Part shown: positions 1-7,010 of the stretch, one piece after another
Numbering within the stretch: position 1 is the stretch's first letter
Layout of the letters: each line of letters begins with the position of its first letter
Source: Candidatus Thorarchaeota archaeon
Lineage (GTDB): Archaea; Asgardarchaeota; Thorarchaeia; Thorarchaeales; Thorarchaeaceae
DNA length: 17,888 nucleotides
Reading direction: 5' to 3'
Assembly (NCBI GenBank): GCA_048882385.1
Contig: JBHLRQ010000015.1
Coordinates: 28,733-46,620 of the forward strand
Position numbers and translations under genes: made by a program
Notes under the pieces: generated by a model
The model's database searches: none
What the model was told of the DNA's origin: nothing
The model's input: only the letters and a program-made list of their open reading frames with translations

Positions 1-100
1 TTCTCGAAGTAGACTAGACGGTCAACAGCATTCTCGAAGTAGACTAGACGGTCAACAGCATTCTCGAAGTAGACTAGACGGTCAACAGCGTTCTCGAAGT
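1..100. repeat. 30-bp tandem direct repeat (TTCTCGAAGTAGACTAGACGGTCAACAGCA) x3.3, coding; degenerate 27-bp units continue to ~200
   Basis: Units 1-30 and 31-60 are identical, 61-90 differs only at position 90, and 91-100 is a partial unit. No spacers. Each unit encodes 10 aa on the minus strand. Confidence 0.97.
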
Positions 101-389
101 GGAGCCGATCGACCATAGATACAATCACTATACGATCGACAGCGTTCTCAAAGTAGAGTCGATCGACAGAATTTTCAAAGTAGCTTCGATCAATCATAGA
201 AACTGGTCCAGTATCTAGGCACTGGGCAATTTCTTTGGTTTCTTCTGTGAAAAGACCATCTGGAGCTACAGCTATTGTGTTGTTCATACTCATCCAAGCC
301 ATTGCGATTAATGAACCAAAAACAGCGAGTGTAAGGACGAACAAGATTCCTGAAGCAAGTACAACCCTATAGGATTTTTTGGTAAACAT
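1..389 (-). CDS. Signal-peptide/TM-anchored protein with tandem 9-10 aa DR-ending repeats (3' end truncated by window edge); candidate multi-core precursor or repetitive surface protein
   Basis: Manual translation from ATG at 389, open to position 1: MFTKKSYRVVLASGILFVLTLAVFGSLIAMAWMSMNNTIAVAPDGLFTEETKEIAQCLDTGPVSMIDR-SYFENSVDR-LYFENAVDR-IVIVSMVDR-LHFENAVDR-LVYFENAVDR-LVYFENAVDR-LVYFE... Basic N-terminus plus ~22 hydrophobic residues. Purine-rich GGAGAAGA just upstream. Synonymous codon variation between units (GAT/GAC, CGA/CGT/CGG, TTT/TTC, GAA/GAG) supports this frame. Absent from the ORF track because no stop lies in the window. Confidence 0.88.
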   Translation of the reverse strand, partial: MFTKKSYRVVLASGILFVLTLAVFGSLIAMAWMSMNNTIAVAPDGLFTEETKEIAQCLDTGPVSMIDRSYFENSVDRLYFENAVDRIVIVSMVDRLHFENAVDRLVYFENAVDRLVYFENAVDRLVYFE

Positions 390-497
390 TTTCTATCTTC
401 TCCATTAGGTGTAAGGATTCAGTGACGATATTGTTGTGAAATTGATCAGTCCAGTTTTTACCAGACTGAAGATGTCATTGTTTTTCCAAATCACTCA

Positions 498-579
498 AAT
501 ACTACGAAATAGTATTACATGATACATGTAATATATTTTTCGGTAACACTATTTACAATAGAAAGATATATTACGTAAT
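498..579. promoter_or_regulatory. AT-rich cluster of overlapping inverted repeats upstream of the DR-repeat gene (probable promoter/operator)
   Basis: AATACTA-N5-TAGTATT (498-516), TATTACATG-N3-CATGTAATA (513-533), GTAATATAT (528-536) / ATATATTAC (566-574), and palindrome ATTACGTAAT (570-579). The minus strand reads GAAAAATATATTAC, which is BRE/TATA-like. Confidence 0.5.
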
Positions 580-595
580 TATGTTACAATAATCA

Positions 596-669
596 AGAAG
601 TCCCCCGGTCATGAAGATTGGAAATGTTCTCCTTCTTTCTGTTCTCAACGGGGTGGACGGGGGATTTCT
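596..669 (-). terminator. GC-rich long-loop inverted repeat immediately after the radical SAM stop codon (possible terminator or RNA-processing element)
   Basis: AGAAGTCCCCCGGTC (596-610) pairs with GACGGGGGATTTCT (656-669) with one mismatch and one bulge, enclosing ~45 nt. No clear U-tract follows. Confidence 0.35.
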
Positions 670-2490
670 CTACTCCTTTTCCTTCCGTTTTATTTGTCTG
701 CGGAGTTCAGCAATCTCAAAACTGAGTTCTGTGTAGGCTATTGCGTCTGTTTCCTCATTCCAGAAGATGAATATCGTTCGTGGTTGTTTGTCAAGCTTGT
801 TAGGATTGTAATCATGACCCATGATTCTATTCATGTGCTCAATCGGATGATACCAGGTTTCGATAAACTTACTGTGATCAGGTTTTCGTCTGGCAACTTC
901 AGCAAAAGCAATTTCTGCTTCAACGATTGCGTCATAAAGAAGTTCATTGTCATTATCATCCCTTAAGAGCTCGATGACCAAATCTCTGATAGACTCCATC
1001 ATTTCTCGATAATCAATCTCTGGCCATTTCAATTCAGGAATTCCAATTTCTTCAAGCTTATCAATCAACCTTTGAGCTAACTTGTTTCCCAGAATCGAAT
1101 ATGCGAATTGTATACTGCAAGTAGATAGAGAGTCAACTATCTGTCCCAAATAGACTTGTCGAATGATATTCTCTCTTTTCATTGATGGAGTATTAATGTA
1201 GTAGTAGTTGGGAAATATATCTGGGTGTGTTTTGATCATGGTCCGAAGTTCAGTCCAACTGATTGGTGGAAAGTCAGAATGTCCTGGGCCACCGTAGTCA
1301 TCATACTCTAGGTATTCTTTCATTGTTTCAAACAGTTGTGAGCCTGGTTCGGGAACAAGAGAATGTATCTGAATGAGAATATTTAGTGGATGAATCGATT
1401 TCGCATGTATCACGAACTCCCACAATTCTACAATATCCGCTATTTTTTCCTCAGGAAATCCAACTACGAAGGATAGCGTAATTCTGAAACCCAAATCTGC
1501 AGCAACCCGTAGGATTTCATCAATATTTGTCAGGTCTAATCTTTTGTTTATCCTACTTTGTAATCTGTCTGATACAGTTTCTATTCCCAGATAGATACTG
1601 TCACAGCCAGCCTGTCTCATCTTCTTAAGAATCTCTTCATCCAGAGTATCCAATCTCGCACTACAGCTCCAAGCAATTGGAGTTTCTATTAATACTAGAC
1701 CGTCACATAGAGAGAACATATAATCCCGATTAAATGTCAACAAGTCGTGATTCAGTTTGATTCTTTTGTGTCTGAATTTCTTTTGTATGACTCGAATCTC
1801 CTCAATCACTCGTTCAACAGATTTAACTCGAAACCTCCTCTTGAAGAAACTTGAGGTTGAACAAAATATGCAGGCAAATGGACAACCTCTTCCTACTTCG
1901 AGAGTCACAGGTTCATCACTGTTCTCATCTTCTTCACAGACAGCATAATCTGGAATCGGGAGTGAATTCAAGTCCTTAATTGGATCAGGCCAACCATTAT
2001 CTAAAATCTTGACTCCGTTTCGATGCACGACACCTTTGATATTGGTAAAATCTTCTCCCTGTATCATTTGATTGACCAACATAGGTAATGCGAAATCCGA
2101 TTCACCACGAATAATGAAATCCACATCCTCAAATAGTGACATTATGTTGCCCGCACTAAATGAAGCTCCTGGACCTCCCAGAATCGTTTTTGTCATTGGA
2201 TTCATTTCTTTGACTTTACGACAAACATCCAATGCCATTACTATATTGTTGGACATGGTTGAAAGGCCTAGTAGATCGGGTTTTGTAGATAATATCTTCC
2301 CAACTATCTCTTCCATTATTTGCTTGTAATCCGAAAAAGCCGTTATCGAATAGTTTGCTAAGTCGAGTATTTCAACATCAATGTTTACTGATTTCAGAGC
2401 TGATGAGAGAGTCAAAATTCCTAAGCATCTGTGGATTGGTACACGAGTTTCCATTGAAATCTGATGAATGGCTACCAATGTAATCTTCAA
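670..2490 (-). CDS. B12 (cobalamin)-binding domain radical SAM protein (class B radical SAM methyltransferase-like)
   Basis: N-terminal B12-binding-type motifs KPDLLGLST, ILGGPGAS and VDFIIRGESD. CxxxCxxC motif in GRGCPFACIFC. Also AGCDSIYLGIET, FVVGFPEE and PEPGSQLF, followed by a long C-terminal extension. TTG start preceded by GAGAAGA. Confidence 0.93.
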   Translation of the reverse strand: MKITLVAIHQISMETRVPIHRCLGILTLSSALKSVNIDVEILDLANYSITAFSDYKQIMEEIVGKILSTKPDLLGLSTMSNNIVMALDVCRKVKEMNPMTKTILGGPGASFSAGNIMSLFEDVDFIIRGESDFALPMLVNQMIQGEDFTNIKGVVHRNGVKILDNGWPDPIKDLNSLPIPDYAVCEEDENSDEPVTLEVGRGCPFACIFCSTSSFFKRRFRVKSVERVIEEIRVIQKKFRHKRIKLNHDLLTFNRDYMFSLCDGLVLIETPIAWSCSARLDTLDEEILKKMRQAGCDSIYLGIETVSDRLQSRINKRLDLTNIDEILRVAADLGFRITLSFVVGFPEEKIADIVELWEFVIHAKSIHPLNILIQIHSLVPEPGSQLFETMKEYLEYDDYGGPGHSDFPPISWTELRTMIKTHPDIFPNYYYINTPSMKRENIIRQVYLGQIVDSLSTCSIQFAYSILGNKLAQRLIDKLEEIGIPELKWPEIDYREMMESIRDLVIELLRDDNDNELLYDAIVEAEIAFAEVARRKPDHSKFIETWYHPIEHMNRIMGHDYNPNKLDKQPRTIFIFWNEETDAIAYTELSFEIAELRRQIKRKEKE

Positions 2491-2597
2491 TTGAATCTTC
2501 TCTGTTTATCGATTCACAGCAGAAACTCGAGTCATTATCATATTTCCGTTGTAATCCAATCCGTGTCTTTGGTTGGTTCTCATTAGACTATAGATAT

Positions 2598-2831
2598 TCA
2601 CCTATCAGTAACGCCCAGTGTTCTACTGATGCCACCTAGGCCATCTTCTAGTTCAGATATTGTCGTGGCAGCTCTACAAAGAAGATCGATTACTCTCATT
2701 TCCTCTTCGGTCAAATCTCTCTGCAGTCTTTCCATGACCTCTTCTCTATTTTGACACACATTTTTACGGAACTTGGGATCTCTGATCATCCGTTCTATTA
2801 GAACATCAATTGATACCGGAACTTTGCTCAT
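2598..2831 (-). CDS. Small NHLP-clan/Os1348-like leader protein; putative RiPP precursor (77 aa)
   Basis: The likely start is the ATG at 2831 (GGAAGGTG upstream) rather than 2864. MSKVPVSIDVLIERMIRDPKFRKNVCQNREEVMERLQRDLTEEEMRVIDLL matches the remembered NHLP/Os1348 pattern LIxRxxxDxxFRxxxxxxxEE...LTxEE. It ends ELEDGLGG-ISRTLGVTDR and lies directly upstream of the radical SAM gene. Confidence 0.75.
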   Translation of the reverse strand: MSKVPVSIDVLIERMIRDPKFRKNVCQNREEVMERLQRDLTEEEMRVIDLLCRAATTISELEDGLGGISRTLGVTDR

Positions 2832-3006
2832 TACATACACCTTCCATTTACGCGGAGTGGACAATCATTTTTGTAGCCTTGAGGTTGGTAATATATTCTT
2901 ACAAATCGAGCTTATACACATTAATCATAGATTTCTTTGTTCGAAAGACTCATCTCAAAGATAATTGATAGATTGCAGTTACAAAGTAACTGGTGAGGGA
3001 GCAGGC

Positions 3007-4503
3007 TTGAAGCCACTAGGAACAATCACTATGCATCTAAAGTTCTTAGACCAAGAGGCAAGTGAAGTTCTCACTTCAATCATGAACGATGCTGAGAATT
3101 ACTGTGACTTTGTAGTCCAACTGGGTAACTGTGTATACCAGATTGAAGCCCCAATTGAACTTGCTCATATAGCATCTGTCCATGCTTGGGAGCTTAGAGA
3201 TACAGCTGTTATTGATGATATATCCAGTAAATATGGTGGCCACCCGTTTGTTAAACCCTGGACATATCCTATTAGAAGCAGAGGTGATCGACTCTCACAT
3301 TCTCACAAGATTCAGGATGCTGTTGATCATGCGATTACGTTGAAGCCTGCAGATTGGATTCATGCGGAGCTTTTACTGGTAAAAGCATATGCACTCTTAC
3401 ATACTCCTGATGGGATTGTTGCTCTTCAGGCAGCGAAAGATATCATTGATGTAAACAAAGACTTGGATTGTTACAAACCACAGGTTCATCACATCGAAGG
3501 AAGAATTCATCATGAAGAGGGAAATAACCAGTTGGGAATACCAATATGCAAAGTAGGTCTTGAACTTGCTTTGGCTCAAGATAACAAATGCCAAGCCATC
3601 TGGTTGCTCCGTTGGCTAGGTATGCTGTCAATGCATGATGACCTGAAACAAGCCTCGGCATATCTTGATCATGGATATTCGCTCGCTAAGGAACTTGGTG
3701 CACCCTTTCATTTGGAACATGTCCTAACAGAGATGGGGTGGATATCCACAATATTGGGGGAGTATGATCTTGCTCTGGCGTTCTATGATGAGGCAAGAAA
3801 AATGTCCATTTCACAAGATGAGTTGACAGACCGTCACTCACTCATTCTTTCACGAATTTGCAGTGACATATGTGATGGAATTCAAGCCCTTGATTGGGCA
3901 CAGTGGACATTGGACTGGCATTTGTCTCATGGTTCTGCAGGTGATTCTTACGCCCATCTTGCTATGGCTCGTGCTCTGATACTTCTAAACAGATTTGATG
4001 AAGCAAGGGAGTATCTCGACACAGGTGGAAAGCTTGCATTTCAAGGAGGACAGGAACGAGAGGTGTGCATCTACTATTTGGTTTCTGGTCTTTATGAAAC
4101 AGCCACTGGTTCTCCAGCGGATGCCATCGCTACCATCAAGAATGCGCTGGAGATATGCGAAAGAACAGAAACAGCGATTTATCGTAATAGATGCCTCTTA
4201 GGCCTGGCTCAGGCAGAACTAGCTGTATTCCAGCTGGAAGGAGGGGATGATACAGGTGAATCTCCAGGAAGTTGGATGAACTACTTGGAAGAAAAAGCAC
4301 TTGAACATAATCTTCCCGGCCTACTTATGCAGCATAGAATGCTGCTAGCTGATTTTCGATTATTACAGAATCGCATTCCAGAAGCTCGAAAAATACTGAT
4401 TGACGCCTTAGATTTATACGATTCTCCAGGTGTTCGAACTCTTCAGAGGCTGATTCTCGAAAAGATACGATCAATTGATACAAGAAAACAAATTGTGAGC
4501 TAA
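3007..4503 (+). CDS. TPR-like helical repeat protein (Thorarchaeia-type 'KPLGTIT' family)
   Basis: Helical repeats such as LGEYDLALAFYDEA, MARALILLNRFDEAREYL and AIATIKNALEIC. Probable TTG start at 3007 after GGTGAGGGAG; the ORF track starts it at 2965. Confidence 0.8.
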   Translation: MKPLGTITMHLKFLDQEASEVLTSIMNDAENYCDFVVQLGNCVYQIEAPIELAHIASVHAWELRDTAVIDDISSKYGGHPFVKPWTYPIRSRGDRLSHSHKIQDAVDHAITLKPADWIHAELLLVKAYALLHTPDGIVALQAAKDIIDVNKDLDCYKPQVHHIEGRIHHEEGNNQLGIPICKVGLELALAQDNKCQAIWLLRWLGMLSMHDDLKQASAYLDHGYSLAKELGAPFHLEHVLTEMGWISTILGEYDLALAFYDEARKMSISQDELTDRHSLILSRICSDICDGIQALDWAQWTLDWHLSHGSAGDSYAHLAMARALILLNRFDEAREYLDTGGKLAFQGGQEREVCIYYLVSGLYETATGSPADAIATIKNALEICERTETAIYRNRCLLGLAQAELAVFQLEGGDDTGESPGSWMNYLEEKALEHNLPGLLMQHRMLLADFRLLQNRIPEARKILIDALDLYDSPGVRTLQRLILEKIRSIDTRKQIVS

Positions 4504-4620
4504 GCATGATTCTGATTCATAGTGACAATATAGCAACCCGAATGGTGAGTTCTAATAGCTTTGAGGAATAGGTATCAACCGAATCGAAAATTCGTATTGT
4601 GAATTCAAAGTACTAGTTGG

Positions 4621-5076
4621 TCATGAGGCCTCTTTGAACTTCTTCGGAAAGGGAATCCTGGGAGAGCTCTCTCCTCTGCCATGTTCCGGTGGTGGTTTCC
4701 AGTCCTCAGTCATTTTGAGGTATTCCGCCCTTTCTGCAGCATCATGTAGTTCCATTACTGTTGCAACGTGGTTTCCACTTTCATCTCGAAGTGGATAGAT
4801 ATACTCGTAAAAATATCTGCCAATGAAGTGGACCCACCCCTCGTACTTTTCAAGATCCCCACTCTTCAGGTCATTAATCATCTTCATAACACCTAGCTCT
4901 GCTCTTTCGGGATGACATCGTAGAATGGACGAACCGATTCTGCTCTCATTGTCCTGTTGGAGCTGCTCACCAGCTTTTCGATTGAAGACCACGATATTGT
5001 TGTTTTTGTCAAGAACACATATTCCAACATTGAGGTCATCAACAAGTCGCTGCATCAACAATAAATCAAGAGTCAT
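4621..5076 (-). CDS. Stand-alone PAS domain protein (CHP-motif type, as in DUF438-associated PAS domains)
   Basis: GICVLDKNNNIVVFNRKA and RIGSSILRCHP, with C-terminal YPLRDESGNHVATVMELHD forming the PAC-like strands. No output domain. Confidence 0.85.
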   Translation of the reverse strand: MTLDLLLMQRLVDDLNVGICVLDKNNNIVVFNRKAGEQLQQDNESRIGSSILRCHPERAELGVMKMINDLKSGDLEKYEGWVHFIGRYFYEYIYPLRDESGNHVATVMELHDAAERAEYLKMTEDWKPPPEHGRGESSPRIPFPKKFKEAS

Positions 5077-5156
5077 GTTCCTACATACTGCAAACAGTGT
5101 GAAAATCTTTGGGTTACGTTTGATTTATGTTGAAGAGTCAACAACAACAACGAGTT

Positions 5157-5870
5157 ATGGGAGAATTCTATTCAAGACTTGGCAGGTATTATGATCAGTT
5201 TTATGTTCACATCGACTATGAGGGCAACAGTCGCAGGCTCCATGAGATAATTCAGAGATTCAAGAAGTCTCGAGGTAATTCGTTATTGGATGTTGCATGT
5301 GGAACAGGCACTCATATCAAACATCTCAAGGACTGGTATCACCCCACGGGACTCGATCTCGTTGAGAGTATGCTGGAGGTTGCAAAAGAGAAATGTCCCG
5401 ATATTGAGTTTTTCCAAGGCAATATGACTGACTTTGATCTTGGACGCATGTTCGATGTCATAACCTGTCTATTTGGGTCAATTGGCTATCTCACCGAGAG
5501 GAACGATCTTGAAAACGCAATTGCATCGTTCTCCAGACACACGGAACAGGGTGGAATCCTGGTTATCGAGCCCATGTTCACTAAAGAGTCAGTCCGAGAG
5601 GGATCGATTGGAATCACCAGTCTGGATCTGCCTGATATTAAAATCTCACGTGTCAACTCCACACAGATTGAGGGTGCTGTTGCTTATCTCAATTTTCACT
5701 TTCTGATTGCCACCCGAGAGAATGGTGTTGAACACTTTATCGACCCCAGCCCAATGAGTATCTTCTCCAGGGATTTGTACATCTCTCTAATGGAGAAGCA
5801 TGGATTCGAAACAGAGTTCTTGGAACCTGGTTTGATGAAAGAAGGCTTGTTTTTGGGTGTCAAACAGTAA
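5157..5870 (+). CDS. Class I SAM-dependent methyltransferase (TylM1/DesVI-like N-methyltransferase family resemblance)
   Basis: SLLDVACGTGTH (motif I), FDVITCLFGSIGYL and GGILVIEP. The start may be 5157 or the upstream ATG at 5127. Confidence 0.88.
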   Translation: MGEFYSRLGRYYDQFYVHIDYEGNSRRLHEIIQRFKKSRGNSLLDVACGTGTHIKHLKDWYHPTGLDLVESMLEVAKEKCPDIEFFQGNMTDFDLGRMFDVITCLFGSIGYLTERNDLENAIASFSRHTEQGGILVIEPMFTKESVREGSIGITSLDLPDIKISRVNSTQIEGAVAYLNFHFLIATRENGVEHFIDPSPMSIFSRDLYISLMEKHGFETEFLEPGLMKEGLFLGVKQ

Positions 5871-5918
5871 ATTTCCTCTTTGCAGTAGTTGATTAACGTT
5901 CAAGTGAGTAGTTTCTTT

Positions 5919-6446
5919 ATGGAAACTACAACTCTTGGATCCGGTTGTTTCTGGTGCACAGAGGCTGTTTTTCAGCAATTGAAAGGAGTCGAATCTGTTG
6001 TTTCTGGCTATTCTGGAGGACATGTGGAGAATCCATCCTACAATCAGGTCACTACAGGAAGAACAGGACATGCAGAAGTCTGTCAAATCCAGTTTGATCC
6101 GGAACAGATTTCGTATGAGGAAATACTTGAAGTGTTCTTCAACACCCATGATCCAACAACACTCAATCGTCAAGGTAATGATGTTGGTACTCAATATCGG
6201 TCGGTTATATTCTATCATAGTGATGAACAACGAGAGATTGCAGAACGGATAAAGAATGAACAGGATGAGAGTGGGAATTGGAAGAATCCAATTGTGACCG
6301 AGATTGTCCCGTATGATAAATTTTACCGTGCTGAAAACTATCATCAGAACTATTATCGTAACAATCCAAATCAGGGATATTGTAGAGTCGTTATCGCTCC
6401 CAAGCTCAAAAAGTTCGAGAAAGTCTTCAAATTGAAACTGAACTAG
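5919..6446 (+). CDS. msrA: Peptide-methionine (S)-S-oxide reductase MsrA
   Basis: [10 protein letters not shown] active site, [40 protein letters not shown], and resolving Cys in QGYC. ATG at 5919 is the likely start. Confidence 0.98.
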   Translation: METTTLGSGCFWCTEAVFQQLKGVESVVSGYSGGHVENPSYNQVTTGRTGHAEVCQIQFDPEQISYEEILEVFFNTHDPTTLNRQGNDVGTQYRSVIFYHSDEQREIAERIKNEQDESGNWKNPIVTEIVPYDKFYRAENYHQNYYRNNPNQGYCRVVIAPKLKKFEKVFKLKLN

Positions 6447-6596
6447 TTCGATATGTGTGATTTTTGATGGAAAATTCTTGTCAGTTAGAGAATCAAGCGC
6501 AGAGAGGTATAATCACTGTCGATTTTCATAGCATAATCCTTAATTGATTATCTAAATGAGTGTAGAGAACATTAATTATCTGCGGAGGAATTTGCA

Positions 6597-6899
6597 TTGC
6601 AACAATTCTCAGTGAATATGCCAAGTCTACTAATTATTGGATTTCTAATTGGAATAATCTTTGTTGTTCTTGGAAACCGAGAAATGGGAGATCTTGTCAG
6701 ACGAAATCGTCTATTGAAGATAGGTATCTCGGTTGTTGGTATTATGATCCCAGTTACTCCATTATCTTGGTATGGTTATTGGGCTCTAACAAGTTCAATT
6801 GTTCTAATGCCACTTGATTACATCATTATTGGGATTGCGATTCTGGTAGGTGTAATCGTGATTTACAAAGGCTTGACAACTTATACATCAAATCAGTAG
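6597..6899 (+). CDS. Small integral membrane protein (about 3 TM helices), function unknown
   Basis: Three long hydrophobic stretches; GGAGG lies ~8 nt upstream of the TTG start. Confidence 0.75.
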   Translation: MQQFSVNMPSLLIIGFLIGIIFVVLGNREMGDLVRRNRLLKIGISVVGIMIPVTPLSWYGYWALTSSIVLMPLDYIIIGIAILVGVIVIYKGLTTYTSNQ

Positions 6900-6910
6900 A
6901 AGTAAAGTGG

Positions 6911-6945
6911 TGGGGGAGGTAGATTTACCGCCCCCAAACATTTTT
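6911..6945 (+). terminator. GC-rich hairpin followed by a T-tract
   Basis: TGGGGGAGGTA-GATT-TACCGCCCCCA (one mismatch), then AACATTTTT, starting 12 nt after the stop at 6899. Confidence 0.65.
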
Positions 6946-7010
6946 GGTAGGAATTCTTTTCTGTTACCAACCTCATCTGAGAGATACGATATCTCAAAGG
7001 TGAGTAGGGA

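Noticed and set aside
1-100. 30-bp direct repeats as a CRISPR array
   Set aside because: The units are contiguous with no spacers, the length is a multiple of 3, variation is synonymous in an open frame, and no cas genes are present.
100-200. LYFEN/EN..LYF resemblance to the TEV protease site ENLYFQ (synthetic construct)
   Set aside because: The residue order differs and the context is a natural gene with diverged repeats; coincidental.
596-669. SECIS-like element (ATGA...GA inside a stem)
   Set aside because: The ATGA is on the + strand, where no gene ends upstream. No gene here has a convincing in-frame Sec TGA; read-through of the 2598 TGA would add only the recoded residue plus ISIV.
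5139-5151. (CAA)4 microsatellite / poly-Gln at the methyltransferase N-terminus
   Set aside because: Too short to suggest phase variation, and probably upstream of the real start at 5157.
5787-6344. 185-aa minus-strand ORF
   Set aside because: Antisense shadow of msrA with no recognisable motifs.
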